In this document: positions 1-7,001 of the stretch, piece after piece | Numbering within the stretch: position 1 is the stretch's first letter | How the letters are laid out: each line of letters starts with the position of its first letter | Assembly: GCA_016204335.1 (NCBI GenBank) | Contig: JACQKU010000008.1 | Coordinates: 10,913-74,912 of the forward strand | DNA from: Candidatus Liptonbacteria bacterium | GTDB taxonomy: Bacteria > Patescibacteriota > Minisyncoccia > UBA6257 > 2-01-FULL-56-20 | Reading direction: 5' to 3' | Length of the DNA: 64,000 nucleotides | The notes under the pieces: model-generated | Database searches by the model: none | What the model saw: only the letters and a program-made list of their open reading frames with translations | Told to the model about the DNA's origin: nothing | Made by a program: the position numbers and the translations under genes

Positions 1-1240
1 TCGTGAGCTTGATGACGAGCTTGATGTCTTCCGAATAGCAGTGTCCGCTCGTGTGAATGTCGAGAAGTTGCGAATTGTGTATCTGGTCCACTTGCCGCGC
101 GATGTTGTCTTGCAGGCCCTGCACGCTTCGTTCGTTGCCGGGAATTACCGACGAAGAAAAGATGACAGTGTCTGTTTTTTTGAGCGCGACCAAGCGGTGT
201 TCGCCGTTTACAATTCGCATAAGGCCGGCATTCGGTTCTCCCTGCGCGCCGGTGGTGAGAAGAAGCACTTTTTCGTCCTTGTGCCTGTTGAGTTCTTCAA
301 GCGGAATAACCTGCCCTTTCTCCGTTTTAAGGTAGCCGAGCGAACGAGCCAATTCAACGTTGTCTTTCATCGAGCGGCCGTTCAGCGCGACTTTTCTGTC
401 GAGTTTCGCGGCGATTTTTATTATTTCGCCGATACGCGTAAGCATCGAGGAAAACGTGGCGACTATGATGCGTCCTTTGGCTTCGCGGAAAAGCCGTTCA
501 AGATTTTCTTCGACGACTCGTTCGGAAACGGAAAATCCTTCCCGGCGCGCGTTCGTGCTGTCCATAAAAACAGAGTGGATGTTGAGCGCGCCGAGCCGCT
601 CAAAAATTTCAAGATTCGTCGGCTTTCCTTCCTTCGTCATATCGAGCCGGAAGTCGCCGAAGTGGACCATTTTTCCCGCCGGCGTGTCCAAAATGAAACC
701 GAGCGCGTCGGGAATCGTGTGGCCGATGTCAAAAAACTCCGCTTTGAAATGTTCGGAAAGCGATACTTTGTCGCCGTTTTTCGCCACTTCGATCCGCGGT
801 TTCGGCAAATTCGGAAATTCCTGGAAGCGTTTTTCGATTATCGCCTTCGTGAGCGCGGCGGTGTAGATTACCGGATTGCCGAGTTTTTCGATGACGTAGG
901 GAAGCGCGTGGATGTGGTCGTAGTGGCCGTGAGTGAAAATGATGCCTTGAATGTGCTGTTTGCGCGGTTCCAGATAGGCGACATTCGGGATGATGTAATC
1001 CACGCCGGGCGTGTCTTCTTCCGGAAACTGGATGCCGACGTCCACAATCACGATTTCGTTTTTGTATTCGAAAAAGGCGCAGTTTCTGCCGATTTCTTCC
1101 AGTCCGCCGAGCGGGACGAAACGCAAAACATCCTCGCGTGGAGTTTGAGAAGTTGTTTCCGCCGCGGAATGTTTTTTCGGCTGGTGCTGGATTCCAGCCG
1201 GCCGTCTTGTGTTTCTTTGTTGCTGTTGCTGTCTTACCAT
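1..1240 (-). CDS. rnj: Ribonuclease J (5' part; runs off the left edge of the window)
   Basis: Not in the ORF track. Manual minus-strand translation from ATG at 1240 gives MVRQQQQRNTRR...LRFVPLGGLEEIGRNCAFFEYKNEIVIVDVGIQFPEEDTPGVDYIIPN, the RNase J N-terminal signature. Confidence 0.93.
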   Translation of the reverse strand, partial: MVRQQQQQRNTRRPAGIQHQPKKHSAAETTSQTPREDVLRFVPLGGLEEIGRNCAFFEYKNEIVIVDVGIQFPEEDTPGVDYIIPNVAYLEPRKQHIQGIIFTHGHYDHIHALPYVIEKLGNPVIYTAALTKAIIEKRFQEFPNLPKPRIEVAKNGDKVSLSEHFKAEFFDIGHTIPDALGFILDTPAGKMVHFGDFRLDMTKEGKPTNLEIFERLGALNIHSVFMDSTNARREGFSVSERVVEENLERLFREAKGRIIVATFSSMLTRIGEIIKIAAKLDRKVALNGRSMKDNVELARSLGYLKTEKGQVIPLEELNRHKDEKVLLLTTGAQGEPNAGLMRIVNGEHRLVALKKTDTVIFSSSVIPGNERSVQGLQDNIARQVDQIHNSQLLDIHTSGHCYSEDIKLVIKLT

Positions 1241-1297
1241 TTCGGTTTATTAATGTTTATTTTTTTGAGAATTAGTTTTTGTATGTGCGACTTTTAT

Positions 1298-1534
1298 TTA
1301 ATTTCTTCTCTTCAAAAGAGTAAGTATTGCGATAAACCCCCAGACAAATTGTATTGCTAAAGACGGCCATGCATGTTGATAAAAAGCATTGATACCAACT
1401 CCAATAGCTCCGAATAGATTCATTGACTGGTAAATCTTGTTACTTCCATCAACTTTCTTATTTGAAATAAGTAAGTATGCAAGAACAACTAAAAATGCTC
1501 CTACCCAACCAATGATTTGCGCGAATATTTCCAT
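1298..1534 (-). CDS. Small 3-TM membrane protein (CBU_0592-like)
   Basis: 78 aa, hydrophobic, pattern IGWVGA..VVLAY...YQSMNLFGA.....NAFY..AWPS...QFVW. Confidence 0.75.
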   Translation of the reverse strand: MEIFAQIIGWVGAFLVVLAYLLISNKKVDGSNKIYQSMNLFGAIGVGINAFYQHAWPSLAIQFVWGFIAILTLLKRRN

Positions 1535-1573
1535 TTGGTTTTTAAGAGAATATTTGTGGGCAGGGAGGGACTC

Positions 1574-1603
1574 CCCGCCTTCGCTAAAGCTTCGGCGGGC
1601 AGG
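1574..1603. repeat. 30-bp palindromic element CCCGCCTTCGCTAAAGCTTCGGCGGGCAGG
   Basis: Hairpin inserted in the T-loop of the outer tRNA. A related 30-bp copy is at 58199-58228. Confidence 0.8.
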
Positions 1604-1622
1604 GAACCTCCCTATGCGCTTG

Positions 1623-1740
1623 CCCCCACACCAATGCCGTTTGTGCCGCGGGAGGGATTCGAACCCTCATGACCTTGCGGCCGCTAGCTCCTGAAGCTAG
1701 TGCGTCTGCCGATTCCGCCACCGCGGCATTGGTGTGGGGG
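1623..1740. repeat. 17-bp perfect inverted repeats CCCCCACACCAATGCCG / CGGCATTGGTGTGGGGG bracketing the tRNA-Leu
   Basis: Arms at 1623-1639 and 1724-1740. The right arm overlaps the first 4 nt of the tRNA. Confidence 0.9.
1644..1727 (-). tRNA. tRNA-Leu (anticodon CAG), CCA not encoded
   Basis: Reverse complement is GCCGCGGTGGCGGAATCGGCAGACGCACTAGCTTCAGGAGCTAGCGGCCGCAAGGTCATGAGGGTTCGAATCCCTCCCGCGGCA: full cloverleaf with a long variable arm. Confidence 0.97.
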
Positions 1741-1755
1741 GTGAATTTGCCATTT

Positions 1756-1795
1756 CCTGCCTGCCCTGCCTATCGGCAGGCAGGCGGCAGGCAGG
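1756..1795. repeat. Two nested 20-bp palindromes of type CCTGCCT(G/A)(C/T)CGGCAGGCAGG
   Basis: cctgcctgc[cctgcctatcggcaggcagg]cggcaggcagg, inserted in the D-arm of the outer tRNA-like gene. Confidence 0.85.
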
Positions 1796-1806
1796 CACCA
1801 CCTGCC

Positions 1807-2010
1807 CTAGCGCATTAACTTTTTAAGTTAATCGATACTCTTCGTTTCCGCGGGGTCAACACGATTCAGTTTTGCCCAAAATATGTCGTCCAGTCCGCGA
1901 GCATAATTGTCCGCCGGGTTTTTTCAAATTTGCCGTTGTCGTTCAGTTTCAAGTTTAAAACAAATATTTCTTTTTCTCCAAAAAGTTTCCGGGTCAGCGA
2001 GTGTTCATGG
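1807..2010 (-). pseudogene. Relic of the C-terminal domain of a bifunctional PGI/PMI
   Basis: Translates as LTRKLFGEKEIFVLNLKLNDNGKFEKTRRTIMLADWTTYF, then a frameshift, then AKLNRVDPAETKSID*LKKLMR*. This aligns with ..EKIFSSIMLADWTSYYTGKQYHAEPEAVKMIEEFKRLV of the intact gene at 15387. Confidence 0.8.
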
Positions 2011-2148
2011 ATTTGACGTTCGTTAATTCAGATACCTTCAACCTGAATCCGGCGCCATGTGGAGTTGTTGCCAATGTGTAGAGTATCTTACCAGTGGTTT
2101 AGCTGGGCGTCAAGCCCCGCCGAGAAAGTCAATATATTTGGGGAACAC

Positions 2149-3798
2149 TTACTTCAGCACCCTTGCGGTTTTGAGATACCATTCGGAGACATTTTGGAAA
2201 CGGTCGGCCGGTTCGTCAATCAAGCCGGAACTCACGCCATATAAGTCCTTTCTCGTGAAATAAAAATAGTACGGCGAATAAAGGAAAATCGCCGGATGGT
2301 CGTTCGGGATTAGCGCCTGAAGCTCGGAGAGTTCTTTCCCGCGGAGAGATGCGTCGGGATTTTGGCGGATATCCGTCATCAGCCGGTCTGCTTTCGCGTT
2401 ATTGTAAAGCGACAGATTAAGTCCGGGGTAAAATCGTTGCGAAGAGTGCCAAAACGCGAATAAGTCGGAATCGGGGTTCAGCACGTTGCCGAAAAGAATC
2501 GCCTGGTAGTTTCTGTTTTTGATTATGTCGTTTGCCGTTTGTTCAAGCGGGACGAGGTCGATGTCGGCTTTAACTCCGATTTTCCGCCATTCTGCTTGAA
2601 GCTCTTTAGCCGTATCGACGAGAAAAGACACTTGCGGGACGGTTAACGTGAATTTTAAATCAACGGCAGTGTTTTTTATTCTTTTTTGGCGTATAGAACT
2701 CGATGAGTTTATGCGCCAGCCGTCGCTGTCCAGAATCCGGTTTGCGGATTCGAGAGACGCAGTACCCGATGCCGGTTGAATGTCGGAAGAAAGAAACGAA
2801 ACCGGCCCTCGACTTATGTTTCCTTTTCCGCCAAGCGCGACCGCAAGAATAGCGTTGCGGTCAACAGCCGCGTCCAGCGCCTCGCGGACTTTTCCGCTCT
2901 GAAGCGCCAAATTCTGATTTTGATTGAAGAACACCGCGTAGTAGCTCGGCATTGTAAAAGGGTATTCTTCATACGAGCGTTTGATGTTCGAGATATCGTC
3001 AGGTCCGATGCCCGCGAAGCCGTCAATTTGGCCCGTATTGAACGATTGTATAAGTTCGCCGGCGTTTGAAAAAAATTCCAGATTGAAATTGGTAATCATC
3101 GGCTTGGCCTTGAAGTAGCGTGGATTCGCTTTCAGACGATACCGCGTTATGAATCCGTCCGGCCTGTTTTCATACGAGGCGAACGCATACGGGCCGCTTC
3201 CGACCGGCTGGAGATTGTAGCGCGAGAGATTCCAGTTCGCCGCCGGCGTTTCGGCAAAAAGGTGTTTCGGCAGGATATGCAGATTTTTGAGATTTTCGGA
3301 AAAAAAAGCGTACGGGTTCGCCATTTTCAGCTGAATTTCAAGTTCGCTCATTCGTTGGGGAGTTATTCCCTGCCAGCTTGAAAAAAGAGGCGATTTTGTT
3401 TCCGGGTCGCGGATTTTTTGAATGGTGAAAATGATGTCGTCGCTTGTCAGTTTTTCGCCGTCAGACCAGAATATGTTTTCTTTGAGCCGGACATCCCACG
3501 TTTTGGCGTTTTGACTCGGAGTGACGTTGTCGGCAAGTTCGCTGAGATTCGCAAAAAGAAGCCGAACCAAAATTTTATCGGCTTCGGTGGAAGCAAGAAT
3601 CGGATTGATATACGCCGGCTGGCCGGCAATCCCTTCGGTATAATCTCCGCCGCTAGTCGGCACAACCGCTGTTTTCTGGGTTATGAAGATGAGGATTAAA
3701 CCGAGGGAGCTTCCGGCAATAAGGAAAAGCGCCGTCCAAAAGACAGGGCGCTCCCCGCGGGAAAACGCAAAAAAAATTTTCTTAAGTATGGTAATCAC
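2149..3798 (-). CDS. Peptide/nickel ABC transporter substrate-binding protein (family 5)
   Basis: N-terminal TM, GGDYTEG, WSDGEKLTSDDIIFTI, PVGSGPY, VREALDAAVDR. Start is likely GTG 3798, because the longer ORF overlaps secG. Confidence 0.9.
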   Translation of the reverse strand: MITILKKIFFAFSRGERPVFWTALFLIAGSSLGLILIFITQKTAVVPTSGGDYTEGIAGQPAYINPILASTEADKILVRLLFANLSELADNVTPSQNAKTWDVRLKENIFWSDGEKLTSDDIIFTIQKIRDPETKSPLFSSWQGITPQRMSELEIQLKMANPYAFFSENLKNLHILPKHLFAETPAANWNLSRYNLQPVGSGPYAFASYENRPDGFITRYRLKANPRYFKAKPMITNFNLEFFSNAGELIQSFNTGQIDGFAGIGPDDISNIKRSYEEYPFTMPSYYAVFFNQNQNLALQSGKVREALDAAVDRNAILAVALGGKGNISRGPVSFLSSDIQPASGTASLESANRILDSDGWRINSSSSIRQKRIKNTAVDLKFTLTVPQVSFLVDTAKELQAEWRKIGVKADIDLVPLEQTANDIIKNRNYQAILFGNVLNPDSDLFAFWHSSQRFYPGLNLSLYNNAKADRLMTDIRQNPDASLRGKELSELQALIPNDHPAIFLYSPYYFYFTRKDLYGVSSGLIDEPADRFQNVSEWYLKTARVLK

Positions 3799-3826
3799 GA
3801 GCGCGCAAAAACCGGGGCGACGGGTT

Positions 3827-4042
3827 TTAGAATATGAGCTGGGCGATTGCCAGACAGACGAATATCGCCGCGGACACGATGGTGCCGATAAAAATGGCTT
3901 TTTCGGCTCCGCGCCTGGTCTGGTAAAACGCTCCGCCTTCGCCGCCGCCAAAGAGTCCGGAAAGACCAGCGGAACGCTCCTGTAGAAGAATCAGGACGAT
4001 TAAAACCACCGAAACGATTACTTGGCTGATTGCGATAATCAT
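3827..4042 (-). CDS. secG: Preprotein translocase subunit SecG
   Basis: QVIVSVVLIVLILLQERSAGLSGLFGG...YQTRRGAEK, a two-TM SecG pattern. Confidence 0.95.
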   Translation of the reverse strand: MIIAISQVIVSVVLIVLILLQERSAGLSGLFGGGEGGAFYQTRRGAEKAIFIGTIVSAAIFVCLAIAQLIF

Positions 4043-4048
4043 TGTTCT

Positions 4049-4402
4049 TTATTTTTTTGTTGCGAGGTGAAATACGAAATTTACCGCGCCGACAATCAGG
4101 GACGAGTAAATTAGGGCGGTGACGGATTCAATGGTAAGATTTTTTGAAAAAATGTCAAGAATATAGAGAATCACGGCGTTTACCAGAATAAGACTGATGC
4201 CGAGAGTAAGGATTATTATCGGTCCGAAGAAAAGTTTGATAACCGGTTTCAGCACGAGATTGAGAACGGTGAGAGCGACGCCAAGCGCCAAAAGTTCCCG
4301 ATACCCGATGTTTAAATCAAACCCGGCGACGAAATATTCGGCAACAACCAAGCCGATTATGTTTCCAATAAGTGCGACCAGGATTTTTGAGGCCGCTTTC
4401 AT
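4049..4402 (-). CDS. 4-TM membrane protein, phage holin family 4 / DUF360-like
   Basis: LNLVLKPVIKLFFGPIIILTLG..LILVNA motif. Confidence 0.85.
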   Translation of the reverse strand: MKAASKILVALIGNIIGLVVAEYFVAGFDLNIGYRELLALGVALTVLNLVLKPVIKLFFGPIIILTLGISLILVNAVILYILDIFSKNLTIESVTALIYSSLIVGAVNFVFHLATKK

Positions 4403-4419
4403 TGGCGCATTATAGCATA

Positions 4420-5832
4420 TTAGGAGGGGGATAGAAAATTCTTGTTGCGCCGGACGCGGTGGAAGCGGATGGCGAAGTTATGGGTTTCGGTAATCACGGT
4501 CGGAATGATTTTTTGGAGCTCGGGCGGCGCTTCGCCAAGTTCTTTCGGATTTTTTTCCAGGCCGTAGACGAGCCGTCCGGGTTTTCCCAAAGAAAGAACG
4601 CGGATTTTTTTCGCGGCTTCGAACTGCCCGACAATTTCTTTCGCGGCGTTGAATTGCGCGAGGCCGCCGTCAATAATCATCATGTCGGGATACGGCCACT
4701 CCGGATGGTTCAGCCGCCGCGCCAAAGTTTCTTTTATTGCCGCCGGGTCGTCCGATGGTTTCGCGCTTCTGATTATGAATTTCCGCCAGAATTCTTTTCG
4801 CGGCCGTAGCGCAGTTTCGTTTCCGCTCGCGGCGGAAAATTCCCACGCGGTCATTCCCGCGACTGTTTCTTTGCCGGAAAGATGGGATATGTCGTAGCCC
4901 TCTATCCGAATCGCGGACTCACGCTGACTTGACCCTTCGACACGGCTCCCGTTCGAGGGCCTGAGCGGCCCCTCAGGGCTAGTCGAAGGCAGGGCAGGCG
5001 CGGAATCACGCGGACTATTTTCTGCGTATGTCTGCGTATGGTCTGCGTCACTCAGCGTTTCCAGAAAGTCGCGGTGCGCGAGGATTTTTTCAAGCGCCTC
5101 TTGCTCTCCGGGTTTGAGATTTTTTGCGAATTTTTTTATGGGTTTTCCGATAAGGAAGTTCTTTACGATAATTATATTTTTTCGATATGCGGTTATCTGT
5201 TTTTGAGTCGATGAACTTCCTTTTCGACAACAAAATCCGCCGCAATTTCCGATTTGCGCGTTGAGGCACAGCCGGAGATGCGGTTTTGGACAGGTGCAAT
5301 AAGGGAAATTCCTCCGGAGCATCCGGAGAACCAGTTTCAAAGCGCGGCCTTCGGTGAAGGGGCCGATGGAATTGGCAAGCGGTAGATGGTAGGTGGTAGG
5401 TAGTAGGTTTTTGTGAGTGACAAAAATACGTGGGAATTTTTCTTCGCTAATCGCCGCATAGAAATAGCTTTTGTCGTCGCGCCAGAGGACGTTATACGGC
5501 GGATGAAGCGTTTTAATCAGTTTTGCTTCTTCAATGAGCGCCTCGATTTCTGAGCGGAGAGGAATAAGTTTTAGATGAGTGGCGTTTTCTCGGAGACGTT
5601 CGCTTTTGCCGTCTGCGCCCTTTAGGTAGGATTGCAGGCGGTTTTTCAGGTTGGACGCCTTGCCGATATAGAGAGGTTTTTTGCCAGGCAGTAGAAATGC
5701 GACTTTCTTTGAATTTTTCGCTCGCCGTTGGCGAGCAGTCGCATTTTCACTGCCTGGTCCATAAAAAATATAAACGCCGGGCGTTTTCGGCGCGGTTTTT
5801 ATTTTTTCGCTGATTTTCTTCCAAGAGTTCAC
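4420..5832 (-). CDS. uvrC: UvrC-like excinuclease (GIY-YIG + Cys cluster + RNase H-like domain, no HhH) carrying several in-frame repeat insertions
   Basis: PGVYIF...LYIGKASNLKNRL.SY, EALIEEA.LIK...PPYN...DDKSY, IEGYDISHLSG, PDMMIIDGG..Q, ETHNFAI.FHR. Confidence 0.85.
   Translation of the reverse strand: MNSWKKISEKIKTAPKTPGVYIFYGPGSENATARQRRAKNSKKVAFLLPGKKPLYIGKASNLKNRLQSYLKGADGKSERLRENATHLKLIPLRSEIEALIEEAKLIKTLHPPYNVLWRDDKSYFYAAISEEKFPRIFVTHKNLLPTTYHLPLANSIGPFTEGRALKLVLRMLRRNFPYCTCPKPHLRLCLNAQIGNCGGFCCRKGSSSTQKQITAYRKNIIIVKNFLIGKPIKKFAKNLKPGEQEALEKILAHRDFLETLSDADHTQTYAENSPRDSAPALPSTSPEGPLRPSNGSRVEGSSQRESAIRIEGYDISHLSGKETVAGMTAWEFSAASGNETALRPRKEFWRKFIIRSAKPSDDPAAIKETLARRLNHPEWPYPDMMIIDGGLAQFNAAKEIVGQFEAAKKIRVLSLGKPGRLVYGLEKNPKELGEAPPELQKIIPTVITETHNFAIRFHRVRRNKNFLSPS
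4912..5058. repeat. Composite nested palindromic and short-repeat insertion within uvrC
   Basis: CGCGGA/CTGCGT short repeats, a CCTTCGAC...GTCGAAGG hairpin and a GGCAGG unit. Encodes low-complexity DADHTQTYAENSPRDSAPALPSTSPEGPLRPSNGSRVEGSSQRESA. Confidence 0.7.
5373..5407. repeat. Five degenerate heptamer repeats (TGGTAGG) within uvrC
   Basis: tggcaag cggtaga tggtagg tggtagg tagtagg; encodes LLPTTYHLPLA. Confidence 0.8.
5684..5757. mobile_element. Family-B miniature inverted-repeat element inserted in uvrC with the frame preserved
   Basis: Termini CCAGGCAGTAGAAATGCGACT / AGTCGCATTTTCACTGCCTGG and a subterminal hairpin GCTCGCC-GTT-GGCGAGC. Related copies at 26455 and 44778. Confidence 0.8.
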
Positions 5833-5886
5833 ACAGATGTTATAGGTCTTTCACAAATTTTTGTAAAACAGCATTTTTTAGCGATC

Positions 5887-5940
5887 AAAAGTTCTTCTCT
5901 ACAATCCTTACGATCGTAAAATTTGTAGAGAAGAACTTTT
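5887..5940. repeat. 54-bp palindrome: perfect 18-bp arms around a central TTACGATCGTAA
   Basis: AAAAGTTCTTCTCTACAA ... TTGTAGAGAAGAACTTTT. Confidence 0.85.
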
Positions 5941-5950
5941 GTGTATTGTA

Positions 5951-5999
5951 AAAACAGAAAGCCCCGCGTACGAGAAAGCCGGAGCTTCTGTAGCGGGGC
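5951..5999 (-). terminator. Probable terminator of the 6021-6248 gene
   Basis: GCCCCGC...GCGGGGC stem followed by TTTCTGTTTT on the minus strand. Confidence 0.5.
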
Positions 6000-6020
6000 A
6001 AACTCGCCCGCAGTCTTACT

Positions 6021-6248
6021 TTACGACTTTACGAGCCGTAGCTTGATGGTTGCCAGGCTCTTTCCGGGGAGATCGGCTTTTTCTCGAGCGAGTACTTCGA
6101 TTTTTGCCTGGCACTTCCGTCCATCGGTGCAGATGATGTCGATGATCTCGTCGATACCCTCACGAACAGGAAGGGTCGCGAACACAGTCGTTGCTCTTCC
6201 TTCCTGGATCCAGCCGAAGATCATTTGGGATACTTCCAAGGTCGCCAC
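6021..6248 (-). CDS. Hypothetical protein (75 aa)
   Basis: GTG start preceded by a strong AGGAGG, with a terminator-like hairpin downstream. No recognisable motif. Confidence 0.65.
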   Translation of the reverse strand: MATLEVSQMIFGWIQEGRATTVFATLPVREGIDEIIDIICTDGRKCQAKIEVLAREKADLPGKSLATIKLRLVKS

Positions 6249-6335
6249 GCGACATCCTCCTTGTGATTGGGGTCAGGCAGGGGCTTTGTACTATGACAAA
6301 TATACTACATCATCTCTGTTTTTTACAAGCAGACC

Positions 6336-6419
6336 TTATATCAACTTCCTTATCAAGCTCTTCCCGTTCATTTCTTTCGGCTGTGGAATTTCCATCAGTT
6401 CCAGAATCGTCGGGGCGAT
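6336..6419 (-). repeat. Diverged direct duplicate of the gpmI 3' end (matches 7002-7085)
   Basis: Encodes IAPTILELMEIPQPKEMNGKSLIRKLI*, versus gpmI IAPMILELMEIPQPKEMTGKSLLREFI*. Confidence 0.92.
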
Positions 6420-6421
6420 AT

Positions 6422-6679
6422 TCATTGGTAAATATCATGGTCGCCGACCGAATGGAAATGCGCGATATTTTTTTCGGAGAACTCGAAAATAATTCTATAT
6501 TTGAAACCGATTGAAAACGACCAAAAATCTTTCAGGCGGCCATGGAGTTTATGCGTATCAAGCGTCGGTTCAAAAGGATTTTTTCTGAAAATTCCTTCTC
6601 GTTTTTCCGCGAGAGGTTTGACGGCTTTCGGCAGTTTCTTGTATTCTCTCGCGAACTTCGAAGTATAAATTATGTCCAT
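6422..6679 (-). CDS. RelE/ParE-superfamily toxin (YafQ/RelE-like mRNA interferase)
   Basis: YTSKFAREYKKL...NPFEPTLDTHKLHGRL...WSFSI..KYRIIF.....HSVGDHDIY. Confidence 0.9.
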   Translation of the reverse strand: MDIIYTSKFAREYKKLPKAVKPLAEKREGIFRKNPFEPTLDTHKLHGRLKDFWSFSIGFKYRIIFEFSEKNIAHFHSVGDHDIYQ

Positions 6680-6690
6680 AGCGCGGTGAG

Positions 6691-6906
6691 TTATCTTAAA
6701 TCTTTAAGCGATTTCAGGATTTTCCCCTTTCCGCGGACGATTTCTTTCTGGCTTCCCCGCAATTCCTGAAGCGTTTGTTCTTCTTTCCAAAGCCTGAGAA
6801 GGTCTCGGAAAAATTCGCTCTTCGTAGCGTATTGCCCGGTCCCCACCGCTTTTTCAACTTCCCGCTTTAGCTCTGCCGGGAGAGAAATGTTGACTATGTT
6901 TCTCAT
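6691..6906 (-). CDS. Ribbon-helix-helix (CopG/ParD-like) antitoxin
   Basis: IVNISLPAELKREVEKAV....YATKSEFFRDLLR; lies directly upstream of the toxin. Confidence 0.88.
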   Translation of the reverse strand: MRNIVNISLPAELKREVEKAVGTGQYATKSEFFRDLLRLWKEEQTLQELRGSQKEIVRGKGKILKSLKDLR

Positions 6907-6942
6907 TGGTTTTTATTCTGAATACAATATGACCTTTATTCT

Positions 6943-6970
6943 ATTGTAACAAATTATATTACAGAGTCAA
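6943..6970 (-). promoter_or_regulatory. Sigma70 promoter of the TA operon with an overlapping TGTAA..TTACA inverted repeat (candidate operator)
   Basis: Minus strand TTGACT-16 nt-TACAAT with a TG extension. Confidence 0.6.
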
Positions 6971-7001
6971 TGGGCAGAGCAAGAGAGATGGAACTAAGAT
7001 T

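Larger units (their letters stand above)
1557..1807 (-). pseudogene. Disrupted outer tRNA-Leu-like gene enclosing the intact tRNA-Leu
   Basis: Minus strand with palindromic inserts removed reads GGGCAGG TG GTGAAATGGCAAA...GGAGGTTC^GAGTCCCTC CCTGCCC A. It has a 7-bp acceptor stem (1801-1807 with 1558-1564), discriminator A, a D-loop GG and a TTCGA T-loop. The anticodon arm is absent. Confidence 0.7.

Noticed and set aside
41-1360. 439-aa plus-strand ORF
   Set aside because: Antisense shadow of RNase J on the minus strand; it has no motif of its own.
3799-3951. N-terminal extension of the 600-aa peptide-binding protein ORF
   Set aside because: It overlaps secG in another frame. GTG 3798 just before the TM segment is the more plausible start.
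4049-4402. Holin-like gene as evidence of a prophage
   Set aside because: No phage structural, integrase or lysin genes nearby. This family commonly occurs as a standalone chromosomal gene.
6336-6419. gpmI tail duplicate as a DGR template/variable repeat pair
   Set aside because: Mismatches are not confined to adenines and there is no RT; a target duplication around the TA module explains it better.
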